DNA from: Zootoca vivipara
Lineage: Eukaryota
Direction of reading: 5' to 3'
NCBI RefSeq assembly: GCF_963506605.1
Contig: NC_083283.1
Location: 78,430,001-78,494,000, forward strand
Length of the DNA: 64,000 nt
Below the pieces are notes generated by a model. It saw only the letters and a program-made list of their open reading frames with translations, was not told where the DNA came from and searched no databases. The position numbers were made by a program, and so were the translations under genes. This document shows positions 38,644-50,965 of the stretch, piece by piece; position 1 is the stretch's first letter, and each line of letters starts with the position of its first letter.

Positions 38644-40430
38644 AAATGTGAGAGGTTTTGTATGGGGGCATCAAAAGCAGCAAAGGATACATGCGTTTGG
38701 GACCATATGGAGTGCATCTCTCCCCCCTCCTTAGATAATAATAACACAGTTCAGAGATGCTCATATTTTTCATCGACAGAGCAGCTAAAGGTAATTATCT
38801 CAGGTCAGAGATGTTACTGTTGTTTATTGATGCAGCAGTTAAAGGTGATCTGTAAAACCCAGTGACTCAGCATCCTCACGGAAAGTAAGAAGCAGGTTCT
38901 TCATTATGGCTTTTCTGTGGCAAAGCCCCTGGCCCGCCCCGCATGCAGCGCTAGTCACCATGCAGTGTTCCACAGTATTTGCTTGTTTAAGGTTTTTATA
39001 TGATGATTTCTTCCAGATATGACTTCAAAACTGTTTCCAGACAACAAGGAAATCCATATCAATAAAATACTTACAGGGCAATTAAAATATCAGCAAGGAA
39101 ACAGCAATGATATGCATCAGTTCCACAATACAAATAGAGACTAGAAGCGAAGTGTGGCTTCCAAAAGCACAAGAAAGCAAACAGGTTATTTATTATTATT
39201 AAATTATTATATATTAAATTTGTATACCGCCCTATACCCATAAGTCTAAGGGCAGCAAAACATAAAGATTATGGAATCCCCTAAGCCATAAGAAGGCTAC
39301 AAATACCCTTAACAGAATAGCATAGTTGTGTGTGACAGCCAGCAAGGAGTAATAGTGAGGATCAACTCCACTGCCTTACCAGAGAGTGGAAGGGTTAAAA
39401 CAGAAGCTAGCAAGTAGCACATAGGTGATAAGACTCAATAGCTTTTAGGGTTGCAGCAACTGAAGGTTTATTTATATTTGTGTTTTTTTAAGAGACCCAG
39501 TCTCAATAACTGAGTGAAGGTCAGATGTCCTGTTACACAGAAAAGTGGGCAGGAGAGTACACACTGAAAGCCATAATCTTTAAACATAAAACAACAGCCC
39601 TTCTAAAACTGACTTGGCTGCTGGAACATTTTCAAGTGCTCCGAGTTAAGATAATGATACCAGCAGCAGTTTTTTCATTCGTGGTTTGTACTGTAGAATC
39701 TGCACATGTTGCTCAGAGTTTGATACAGGAATGCTTGATACAACTGCTGTTTCCCAGAAGGTACATACAGTAATGTGAACCTTCAGGACCAATGCTTCTC
39801 ATTTCTCCTCCAGCTAATAAATTGCTTTTTACAGATTATTTTGTGTGGAACTTCCTCCCCTCCTCGCCTCACCTTCCCTCTTGGCTTCTCACTCAATATT
39901 CTCCATCCCCACAGTAACCAGCACCTCTCAGCAGCCTGCCTTTTACTCCAGGTTCAACTCCTACTTGCCACTCTCCACAGAAGGCTTGCTGCATACATAT
40001 TCTTCTGCAGCAGTGAGCTTACACACAGAGAAAGCAGGGAAATTAGAGAATGGTAGTGGAAATTGTACATAGCCCTTAGGGGTAGAGAGAAGTGGTGTGG
40101 CCCCTTTAGTGTAGAATTTGTTGCTACAAGAGTGGTGGTGAATTGTCATTCTAACTGCATTCCAGCTGTTATAAATGTTGTTATGGTTTATATTTTGTAC
40201 ACTGCCCTGATATAGTCAAATGTAAAAATAAAATAAGGTTTGGAAGGATGACAGGTGGTGACAGTTGGAGGCAGAGCGGACAGAGCCATGTGAAAGCAGT
40301 TGGAAGGGGAATGTAGATGTAAGATACGGGGATAGGCTTGAGAGACAACCTGAATTGTTCTTCTAATAGAAACAGGTGCATCATATCTCTTCCCTGCATC
40401 TGTCCCAACCAGTCAGGTAAGGGCACTCAC

Positions 40431-40464
40431 CTCTCACTTCAAACCTGTCTGGCCAGACTACCAT
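40431..40464 (-). CDS. Candidate alternative first coding exon of SLC12A7 (MVVWPDRFEVR+G)
   Basis: Strong Kozak gcaATGG, 11 codons + 1 nt, strong donor GAG|GTGAGT, phase 1, encodes RFEV. Confidence 0.4.
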
Positions 40465-43400
40465 TGCAGTCCAGAAAGTTTTGTTTCTTGGTGGAAGGTT
40501 CAGCTTGTAGCCTGAATCCCATATACTGTACTGTTCCCATTTGACTTATTGACACACCTACACCTAAGGCGATGCAGAGAACAGTTAGACTGGAAAAAGG
40601 AGAGAGCAACTAAGGGCAGAGCCAGCCTGAGATATTTTGCCGCTTGAGGCGAAACAGAAAATGGTGCCCTGCCCTGCTGCTGCCACCACCTGATTAAACA
40701 CGTGGGTAGGGTGCAGGGAAGCCTCAGAGGGGCAGGTGGTGGCAGTAGCAGACCCACACTTTTCCAGGCAGCAGCTGCAGGTGACAAGCACGGGAGGTGG
40801 CAAAAGGAGCGCTTTTGGGGGGCCAGATCTGCCACCCCTCCCAGCTGTCCCCAGTCTGCTGCCTATCTCAGGGTGTGTTTGGGTTTGGGGAGGAGTTAAA
40901 TAGATAAAACTGAAATAACATACAGTACTATATACGGTACTTTAAAAAATATTCTCAGGGCAGTTCTTTCTGGCATAAGAATCTAGAAGGGAATATTTTT
41001 CTTGCCTCCAACCTCCATATAATTTTAGTAGCAGAGGGTTTATCAGACATTGACTCTTTTACATGTAGATTAACACTGTAATCCCACAAATGTCTACTCA
41101 GAGGTAAGCTAGGTACACCAAAGTAAGTGTATATAGAATGGCAGTATTAGCCATGAGAATGTACAAGGCCTATTGGATATTCTCAAAAACTCTTAACAGT
41201 GGTGTTATATAGTGCAAACAAGCAATGAATTCAGGGGAAAGGAGGACTCTCTGTTCCCTTGTCATCCCTCTTCTACTCCCCTACAATATTTTTTTAAGGG
41301 CTGTGTATGGTTATATTTATTTTAAGAAGCACTGTGAAATTTGGAGGGTAAACCCATAGATGTGGGGAAGTAAAAGGGCATAGGTACCGGTAAGTATAAA
41401 GGCAGATCCTCTAGCAGCAAAAGAGGACTCTCAGAAGAAGGAGGCCTAATGAAGTTTGTGGCAAAGTAGCAGCTATGCCATATTGCATCACACACAAGTC
41501 TTGTTGAGAACAGACTGGGGAAAAGGAGCACCTTGAGAACCCCCTGACAAAACTTAGTAGAGAGGCCGTCCACAAAATACATATGCAGGCTTTGAACGTT
41601 ATAAATAAACGTTTATCTTAGCGGAGGCTGGCAGCAGTCTTAACTAGGGTTCGCCAAAAAACCTTGCAGGGAGGTTGGGCTCAGAAGGTTTTTTCTGCGC
41701 TCCAGTCCCTCCCTGCAATAAACACTTCAGGGACAAGGGGATGGCTCAGCTTTTCTTCATGTTCCTAATGTTACTTCCCTGCCCCTGCAAGCTAGCCTCT
41801 GCTTCTGAAAATTCCAGCAACTTGAGGGAGGCATATGTGCGCAATTATTGTGCATGAGGCTTTGGGGGCAAGTAAGGGTTTTGGCCCTAGACGACGGTAT
41901 ATTTCTGAAAGGTAGCTTCAGGTTTTTGCATCCTGACTTCGTTTCAGGTTTGGCATCCCCAAAGCTTCTGCATATGAGCATTTCCTTTACAAATGGCTCT
42001 GGCTAATCAATTATTATTAAAGTATTATCAAGTAATAATATTTACAATAAAGTAAATCAAGTACTATCAATACTTATTTGGAACAACAGCTCAGCTTTGT
42101 TATTTTGTTCAGGAATAAGTTTCTTTTCAGACTATATCATGATGTTTTAAATTCTTCTGGTGTTTGTGTGTATATTTGTTTGCAAGTCAACCTTATAATT
42201 TACCTCTAACTGGTATTTTAGTTTTATGGCAATTCCCTTTAATTGAAGTCAAATGTTACTGTGGTGATCATGTTGGGTTGTTGAGCTGGCTTTGTCACTC
42301 TTACATTACAGTCACCATTACCATGTAATTCAGCTATATTTAAGTTTTAAATCAAATGTTCTACTCCTCTTAGGACTTGCAGCCAAACCCATAATTGACT
42401 GCCCTGAAAGTGCAATGAGTTATAATGCCAATATTCTCTGCTCCTCTCTTTTAGGGAACAAAAATTATGGTTATTCACTTAACCCTTCTTAAGTCCACCT
42501 TCCTGCAAGTATAAGAAGTCATAGCAAAACTTTTAGGGAAGAGATTGTAGGCAGGCATAATCAAACCGTGCCAGATTAGCATTGTCATTTGCTGCAGAAA
42601 TGCAATAATGAATTGTGGTGATGACACCTATGTGGCAGCTAATGTGGATTATATATTGTACTATTTTTAAGATTAGTGTAACCAAGGGAATACTTTAACA
42701 CATTAATCTTCAGATCATGAGCTGTGACCTGACCTAAGTAGGTCACACAAATGGCACCAAGGCCATCTTATGGAGACTAGGAGGGAGAAAGAAAAAGAGA
42801 TGTGGTAGATTTAAGAGAAAGCGACAAAGAGAATACATGAAAGATAGATAAACAGTACAGATTGAAAGTCGCTAGGGGGTCCACGGAATTAATTTATATT
42901 TCAGTTTGTGCAGCATACATTTAAGATTCCCATTCTAGGCACATTTTCCTCCCAAAGTATTCTTCATATTCAAGGAACAGAAACTGTACTACATCTTTCA
43001 GTGCTCACTAGTGAACTTGTCTGTCATTTACATTTGCTATATTTTAGCAAACCATAGTTCCACAGTTGTTTCTTTCCTCTTTCAGAAATATTTCCTGTAA
43101 GTGCTGCTAGTATTTTATGCACCACAAATATACATGAGACACACTGGTGAAATTAACTCCTTAGCTGCCACAATTGGGGAGAATCCATAGGATGCCTTCC
43201 AGATGTTTCTTGGACTACATTTCCCATCAGCCCCCTAGCACGTCCCAAGGCCAAGGATGATAGAATCTGTAGTCGAGGAGTATCTGGAGAGCACCATGTT
43301 GTCTACTCTTGATCCACAGAATTATAGTTTGCTGAAAGCATAGAGGCCATACAATAAATTAATTAGACTTTCTATAGCAAATTTAGTGTGTTTAAAGCCT

Positions 43401-43869
43401 TTTACATGCGTTAGCACACATACAAAGGAGATGATTGATCAGAATTCTCAAGATTTATATTTAAAAGCTATCACAGGGGCTGCTAATTTGCTTGGTCAAT
43501 GGCTGGTAGTGGGGATAATCTATAATCTATTGTAGATAATCTAAGGAATTTGGGTAGTGTCAAATTCATACATGAAATACAGTTGATTTACAATAATGTT
43601 ATTGTTAATATGCTACGCAACAGTTTTTTTAAATGTTCAGATTCTAAATAGCAAGTCTACCACAATTAACTGAGAACAATTTTAACAGCTGTGTGACTAA
43701 AACAATATGCTGTACACTAATAAGAAATTTTATTTTATTATAAGTCTTTAATTGGCTAAGCCTTTAATCTTCTCCTTCAGAAGCTTGCTAATCTGTTACT
43801 ACTTCTGTAGCAGAGACCTATTAAATGAGCTTATTAAAAGTCAGTTCATACATTCAAGGAAGGAGTGCA

Positions 43870-44387
43870 AGTGACTTTCTGCATCTGATGTAATACGGCA
43901 CTCACTATCTCTCCCCCCCCCCCCCTGGTGTGACCCATGATTCATCATGTTTTTATATCACTCCTTTTAACAGCAAACTCAAGTGGTGAATGTAGACAGG
44001 ACTGAAGCGAAAACAAGACCCTGAGAACAGGAGGCTCTCTAACAGGTTCAGGGGGATATTGAGGTTTCCAAAGTACCAAAAATCCTTTTATACCCCACCC
44101 CAAAGGGCACCTGTCCTCAAATAATGGCTCAGTAAGGACTGGGCATGTTTCAGTAGCCACAAACTGTTGAGAGTCATTTGGCAAAGAAAAACTGAAAAGG
44201 AGAGGCAGGAAGAGGGGGGTAGGGGGTGGCGTGGCTGGCTGAGACCCTGAACACAAGCACTCTTACTAAGACGCAGAATATACGGCAACATTTTATTGCA
44301 GAATCCTGTTGCTAATCATTACTGTAACTACATCTAGGATTGCCAACTTTGGTTGGGCAAAATATGGGAGAGGCTGGGCAAAATAAA
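43870..44387. repeat. ~515-bp local direct duplication, copy A
   Basis: Aligns end to end with 47506-48015 with high identity by eye (agtgactttctgc ... ggctgggcaaaataaa). Confidence 0.95.
43906..43948 (-). CDS. Candidate alternative first coding exon, copy A (MMNHGSHQGGGGRD+)
   Basis: 14 codons + 1 nt ending at ATA|GTGAGT; TATAAAAG about 140 nt upstream at 44085-44092. Confidence 0.35.
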
Positions 44388-44394
44388 GGACAGC

Positions 44395-45680
44395 CCAGGG
44401 TGGGTGGGGTTTGGGGGCACACACACTCTCATGACTCCAAACCCTTTCCACCCTTTGTGGAGTGGGATTCCCCACATTTGGCCTCCCTCGTCACCACCCT
44501 GCCCCGTTCTCTGCCGCAACTCATGAAGATGGGGAGGGCCCTGGGGTAGACAGCTGGCTCCCACGGGTGACGAGCTCCAGCTCCAGCCTCTTGCCCATGC
44601 TGGCTTTGTAAGAGACTTGAGGAGGGAGGTGGGAGGAGAGGTCAAGTCGGAGTGGTGGAGGGGGCCAAGTGGCGGCAGACCTGCATCTTGCTAGACCAGC
44701 GGGTGGTGGCTGCTGAGGAGCACCAGCGAGAGGGAAGGAAGGAGGGGGCGAGGGGGGGAGAGGAGGTTGAATATGAGCACTCTACACTGCAATATTTTGT
44801 TGCAGGCCCACTTTGTTGCAGGTCCCACTTGCATGTTCAGACCCAGACACCTGCCCCCTAAATAAATTCTCACTTGATTCAAATTTTAGTTTGGTTTTTG
44901 GCATAATTTAGACCACAACTTTATTGATTGCAGAAAGTGAGTGGTTGCATAGGCTCTGGTTCGACTAGCTCCCTGCACCCTTGCAGGTAGCACTGACCCA
45001 GGACACCAGCATAGGTCAGCCAAGGGTAAACACCTGGATAGGCAGAAAGCTGGGAACACGACTATGTCTGCCACCCAGATGTCCCCCTGGACTCAGGCAC
45101 GGGCACAACCCCCTCTCAGGGGTTGACCAAACCATTTGAGTCCCTGGATTCCTGTAACGGAATACCCTTCACATAGGGATGGCAAGAGATTTCTCCCATC
45201 CCTATCACCTGAACCAGTGCCTACCCACCACACGAGCACCTGCGCTTGCCACCAACCACTCACACCTGTAACCAATCCCTTAACCCCACTGACACGGTGG
45301 TCAGCCACAAATCATTCCAAATCACAGACAGATGAACCCCATCAAGCCTGTAAAGGGATGCATCACGAAAGGTAATGCCCAGGTGATGGCTCACCATCCC
45401 TGCCCAAGGCCAGAACCTTTTTGGCCACAGTGCTCTGGACATGCATCTTGGCCATCTCGGTGGCAGCTGGGAATTGGCTACCACTTCACTGCCAACAGTG
45501 ACCAAATTTTGAGTCCAGGAAGAGCTGCCTTCAACTCTTCAAAGTCCTCCTGCATGCGGGACCGCAAGCTCAGCTTCCGGCAATTACACCCAGCTGCACC
45601 ACCACTGTGGATATGCCTCCATAGACACCTTCCCAAGGCATTCCTTGTCTGGACCACCAGGAGACGTGCATGTGGTCAGG
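44395..45680 (-). mobile_element. Ngaro/DIRS-like tyrosine-recombinase retroelement 3' remnant with SGNH-hydrolase ORF fragment
   Basis: - strand peptides DFEELKAALPGLKIWS and HLGITFRDASLYRLDGVHLS..WNDLWL (SGNH block V, DxxH), followed by AATAAAGTTGTGGTC and a C-rich terminal repeat ending cccacccaccct. No YR or RT visible; boundaries approximate. Confidence 0.6.
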
Positions 45681-46048
45681 AATTGCGAGCCTGTGTTCGA
45701 ATCTAGACTCCGCTGCCCTCTTGCTGGCCCAGTGGACAATCAGAAACGGATTCTTAACCATGTCCAACTTCAGTCTGCAAGAACTCTCTTTGGTTAACTT
45801 CGTTTCTCTGCATTTGGGAGAAGCTGACGAACCAACTTCATTAAGGAGTTAAGAATGAAAATATGCAAGACCAGGAATAGACCAATCCATACACCCTTCA
45901 CTCCAGTGCATGAATGTGTGTGTGTGTGTGTGTGTCAGTCTCACATCACAAAGGACAAAGGTGTAAACCTTAAACATATTTTGTGTGTTTACAACTACCC
46001 TCAGCCAAATTATTTCTAATTCCTAACTCAATGTGAAGCAGCAAAATA

Positions 46049-46288
46049 TGGATTTGGATTTGATATCCCGCTTTATCACTACTCGAAGGAGTCTCAAAGG
46101 GGCTAATAATCTCCTTTCCCTTCCTCCCCCACAACAAACACTCTGTGAGGTGAGTGGGGCTGAGAGGCTTCAAAGAAGTGTGACTAGCCCAAGGTCACCT
46201 AGCAGCTGCATGTGGAGGAGAGGAGACGCCAACCTGGTTCACCAGATTACGAGTCTACCACTCTTAACCACTACACCACACTGGCTCC
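46049..46288 (-). mobile_element. tRNA-derived SINE with L2-like tail
   Basis: - strand head gagccagtgtggtgtagtggttaagag; tail gcgggatatcaaatccaaatcc; homologous to 48459-48660. Confidence 0.85.
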
Positions 46289-47505
46289 ATTATGTTTAGA
46301 GTTACTTAACTTATTAATTTAATTATCTTCTATACACCAGGTGTTCAAGTGCTCATCAAGGAGGTTCTAGGGTAAGCACTGACTGATTTAATTCAAAATT
46401 AGAGTGTGTTTGTCCAGTCTAGCAATAATCTGACCAAACAGTGTTTGCACTTTGCACACACAGAACCACAACCTCATTAAAGGCAGTCAAAATGTTCCAC
46501 CCACCTACATGTTAGATAACTGAGAGGTCTCTAAACAGTGGAGGAATTACAATAATGTAGAAGTGGGAAATATGTCATTCTGAATTCCTTTGGATAAAGG
46601 AGCACTGTACAGGTTTTCAATTAATACCGGTAGAGAGAATTTAAAAATTCCTTATAAGTTAGCATGTGTGTCTGCTATGTGACTACAAAAAGTACAAATT
46701 GAAGATATCTGAAATGTAAAAATGTGCCTTTGGCATTTGTAATGCTAATGTACATATTTTAATTGTTTGTAACATGACATGCCACCGATCATCCAGGGAG
46801 AAGTTATTTGTGTGTAACTTCTCTCAAGAGATGTTTGAGAGGCAGAATATGTTGGGAGGTAGGATTGTATATGTGTGGGGGATAAATGTATTTTAACCAG
46901 TGCTTTAATTCCTTAGTGATGTCACAGTTCTACCTACCTGAAAACCACATGCTTCCCATAACACCAGGTGTGAAGCAATATGTATGTGTTTTAGAGTGTA
47001 ATGAGAAAAATGTTCTGCACATGCCTGGCCTAGGGGAATTATTACCACTAGGGCCATCCTGAGGGAGACCCCAAAATGACAGCTTCCTTCCTGCCAGGGC
47101 AGAAGGGGCAAGGGAAGATCAACGTCAGGATCTTCTGCCCCTGTGGACCCTGCTGCCTGCGGTGGTCGCCTCACCTTGCCTCATGTGTGGACCAGCCCTG
47201 CTTATCACCCGTTTTCAATTTTCACATTGAGGCAGAACTTTTCCTTGGCTCATTTTGCACTTGTCTCTGTACTTTCTTTTACTGCATTGAAAAGAAGGGA
47301 GTAAGACAAGTTGGGTGTTATGCCCCATTCAGTCCTTTAGCCCTGCATTGTCCTTTTTCTACAATTAGAGATTCTGAGATTTAAACCTGCTTGAGCATTA
47401 TGCCCTCTTCAATCCTTTATAGTCCTAATCCTAATATGTCTAAGGGATAGGAGGAAAAGGGTTTGATCATGGTTATTCATTTGTAAAAGAAATTTGCACA
47501 AACTC

Positions 47506-48015
47506 AGTGACTTTCTGCTTCTGATGTAATATGGCACTCACTGTCGTTGTCCCCCCCCCCATGTGACCCATGATTCATCGTGTTTTTATATCATTCCTTT
47601 TAACAGCAAACTCAAGTGGTGAATGTAGACAGGACTGAAGCGAAAACAGAGCCCTGAGAACAGGAGGCTCTCTAACAGGTTCAGGGGGATCTTGAGGTTT
47701 CCAAAGTACCAAAAATCCTTTTATACCCCACCCCAAAGGGCACCTGTCCTCAAATAATGGCTCAGTAAGGACTGGGCATGTTTTAGTAGCCACAAACTGT
47801 TGAGAGTCATTTGGCGAAGAAAAACTGAAAAGGAGAGGCAGGAAGAGGGGGGTAGGGGGTGGCGTGGCTGGCTGAGACCGTGAACACAAGCACTCTTACT
47901 AGGACAGAGAATATACGGCAACATTTTATTGCAGTACCCTATTGCTTATCATTAACTATATCTAGGGTTGCCAACTTTGGTTGGGCAAAATATGGGACAG
48001 GCTGGGCAAAATAAA
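47506..48015. repeat. ~510-bp local direct duplication, copy B
   Basis: Aligns end to end with 43870-44387. Confidence 0.95.
47542..47578 (-). CDS. Candidate alternative first coding exon, copy B (MNHGSHGGGDND+)
   Basis: 12 codons + 1 nt ending at ACA|GTGAGT; TATAAAAG upstream at 47718-47725; paralogous to copy A. Confidence 0.35.
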
Positions 48016-48458
48016 ACTCAGGACACACTCTGTAGACATGTTGCAGTAAGTTTTGTAAGGAATAATTTACAAGCAGTCCAACGTAGAGAAGCAGGGCACT
48101 TCTTTTTCTCCTCCTGGCTAACCTCTTGCCGCCACCCCACCACCACCTTCTTTACCCATCCTTGAGGCAATTTCCCCAATTAAACTGAGAATGCAGCCAC
48201 AAAATTCTGTAGGCCTTCCTGAATTTTTTTGCCCTTAGTTTTCACTTGCCATTGCTGACATTGGAGGAGGGGAAGCAAACAAGAAGGAAAGGGTCAAGGA
48301 AGAGGTTATGAAACAGGCATATGATAATGAGCTCAGTCCATAAAGTGATTCAGAACAAGAACCAGCTCCAGAGCCCTATTGCAGCTATCCTTCTCTGGAA
48401 GGGCAACTGGGAGGCTACTGCTTGCATATTTCCTCTCGTAACTCTGTGTAAAATGACT

Positions 48459-48660
48459 ACAGTGTGGTGTAGTGGTTAAGAGCGGGAAGCGGGTTTGGTG
48501 CTGGATGACCTTGGACTACACTTCTTTGAAGTCTCTCAGCCCCACTCACCTCACAGAGTGTTTGTTTTGGGGGAGGAAGGGAAAGGAGAATGTTAGCTGC
48601 TTTGAGACTCCTTCGGGTAGTGATAAAGCGGGATATCAAATGCAAACTCTTCTTCTTTTC
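48459..48660 (+). mobile_element. tRNA-derived SINE (same family as 46049), internally deleted
   Basis: cagtgtggtgtagtggttaagagc...ccactcacctcacagagtg...gcgggatatcaaatgcaaactcttcttc. Confidence 0.85.
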
Positions 48661-48917
48661 TTTAATGAAAGCTAGAAATGCAGCTAGGGGTCCTGGGCCG
48701 TCTGTAAGGGACCAGGTCCTCACAGGTCACCCTGTAGAAATCTGTCTAGGGCTGGTTATAGTATATCAAATGTGGGTGTATGCTTTTTTTTTAAAAAAAA
48801 AATGCAGGTCAGTTCAGCAAGACCTGACACTGGAAATTGATGGTGTCTTTGTAATATTCGTTTTGTTTACAATTATAGTGGCACAGCATAGTGAAGAAGA
48901 AGAAGAAGAAGAGTATC

Positions 48918-49013
48918 GGGAAGTTTTTAATGTTTGATGTTTTACTATGTTTTTAGATGTTCTGTAAGCCACCCAGAGTGGCTGGGGAAACCCAGCCAGA
49001 TGGGTGGGGTATA
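48918..49013 (+). mobile_element. L2-type 3' terminal fragment
   Basis: gtaagccacccagagtggctggggaaacccagccagatgggtggggtataa; homologous to 56272-56380. Confidence 0.7.
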
Positions 49014-50621
49014 AGGATGGTGCTACTAGAGGCATTGGCTAGCTTCAAGGTTTTCCCCACATTGTGATTTTTGCATAGCAAAGACACACACACACGATTC
49101 AATATATATTGCCAGGTCTAAAATTGTGAAAACGCTATCACAATAAGGACTTCAAACTAGTTTTGGATGATATATCGCCCAATCCTATTCTGCACTATTT
49201 CCACAGAAGTTAGAGTGCAATTCCTAAACCCCAAACTCCAGACCTTGCCACACTAACCTATTGGCTAATGCCACTGGCATACCATGGTCTACCGGCAAGC
49301 CCCGCCGCCAGGCCGGTTGGGGAAAATGTTCCAGGGCCGAGCACAACATGGCCCCTCTGTTAAGAGGATCCACCTTCTCACCACAACATATCTCAAAGTA
49401 AATGTTGCTGGATTTTGAAGTTATTCTATGGCAAGTCCTTCAGGTTCCACTATGAGGCTAAATGTTTTACCAAAGATGCTGAAAATGGTGGCAGTAATGA
49501 GGATTTCCCACAACAGCAAACACTCCTGATTTTTGCAAGGCAGTCCTATTTTAATGTAAGATTAAATAACTGCTGCACTTCTCTGTTAGTTTAAGGGGAT
49601 ATCTGGTGGAGAGGGAAGGTGAGGGCAATGTGCTATCTCTGGATTTGTTCTTTCAGTAATGTTTTATGGCAGAGGTTGTGTATAGTTGCACAAAGATAAC
49701 CATCAGGCTTTGTCTAATTGTTCCAGCACTTGTCAAATAACTGCTTGTAAAGTTTATATAATACAACAAGGTGACTCCTTTGCTGTTAGGCTGTTTGTTG
49801 ACCTTCCTACCTACTTTTTATGTTTAACATTCCTCCTCTTATCATCCCCATCTCTCCCTCTCTGAGCCATATTGCTCTTTTCTAAAAGTCGGTGAATCAG
49901 ATTTCCCATCCACAAATCTGCTTTTCAAATCCCTCAAGATAGTCCTGAGGACAGGTTGTTCGAATACCAGAAAAAGGCAGAAATGCTTTTCTTGGAGTTG
50001 AGCATACCTGCCAAGACTTGGCTTAAAGAATCTTGGACATTTAACTTGTCCTGAGACACATCTGTGTTAATAACAATTGTGTAAAACAAAATGGCTCAAC
50101 AGAAACTGCTGTAGCAGAACAAATAGTGTACATTCAGTTTCATGAGAAAAATATTTAATGTGCATTTGAGGCAAAACTTTCTTAAGGTAGCATACAACTG
50201 TTAGATAAAGCTTTTATACTTCCAACTGTGGCTGTCTAGTGTTGGTGCCAAAAGCACTGAAAATGTGAAACTGAGGAATTGCTAAATATTTTGGGGAAGA
50301 ATTTAGCAAGGTGTTGAAAAGAAGATGTAGTTTTGAATTATATTTATAGCAATGTTTTTGAACCATATAAACCACCTGATTGCCTCTGACCCTATCTGGC
50401 ACTCTGTGTGTAATGAAAGCACAATGGCAGACAGAATAAAGATGATCCATGATCCTCCAACAGCCTGAGCTACAATTATTTGTAGAATAGTTTGTAGAAT
50501 CTACAATTATTTGTAGAATAATTGTACATTATTCTACATCATCATTCCCCAGAAAACACAAGAACATCCCTGAAACCTAGCTGACTTTGCAGAGGGGGGG
50601 GGAGTAGAAGGCACAAAAGAA

Positions 50622-50664
<43 letters not shown>
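50622..50664. repeat. (AAT)n microsatellite
   Basis: Pure trinucleotide run. Confidence 0.95.
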
Positions 50665-50666
<2 letters not shown>

Positions 50667-50829
50667 GATGCCCTCTCTGTTGTCTGAGTATTGACCTGAG
50701 AAAATCTTTGCATGAGTATAATGTGTCTCTGATTTTAATGCAGGAGTATTGTGCCCCAAGTTTCAAATGTTTTGAAAACACTGTTCTTCAAAAAACAGAT
50801 TAATGTTAGGAATATGGGTTGCTTTAGAA

Positions 50830-50965
50830 CAGGCATAGGCAACCTTGGCTCTCTAAATGTTTTGGAACTACAACTCTCATGAACCCTGACCACTGGCCCT
50901 GTTAGCTAGGGATCATGGGAGTTGTAGTTCCAAAACATCTGGAGAGCCAAGGTTGCCTATGCCTG
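50830..50965. mobile_element. hAT MITE (palindromic)
   Basis: TIR caggcataggcaaccttggctctc / gagagccaaggttgcctatgcctg; 8-bp TSD ctttagaa (50822-50829, 50966-50973). Confidence 0.92.

Noticed and set aside
43945-44256. 103/104-aa ORFs conserved in both duplicated copies (also 47575-47889)
   Set aside because: Non-ATG starts, no recognisable domain, and they run across the TATA box; conservation is explained by recent duplication.
43870-48015. Reading the two direct repeats as LTRs of one retrotransposon
   Set aside because: No clear TG...CA termini, TSD, PBS or PPT, no gag/pol between them, and the AATAAA lies upstream of the TATA. Cannot be fully excluded without a copy-number search.
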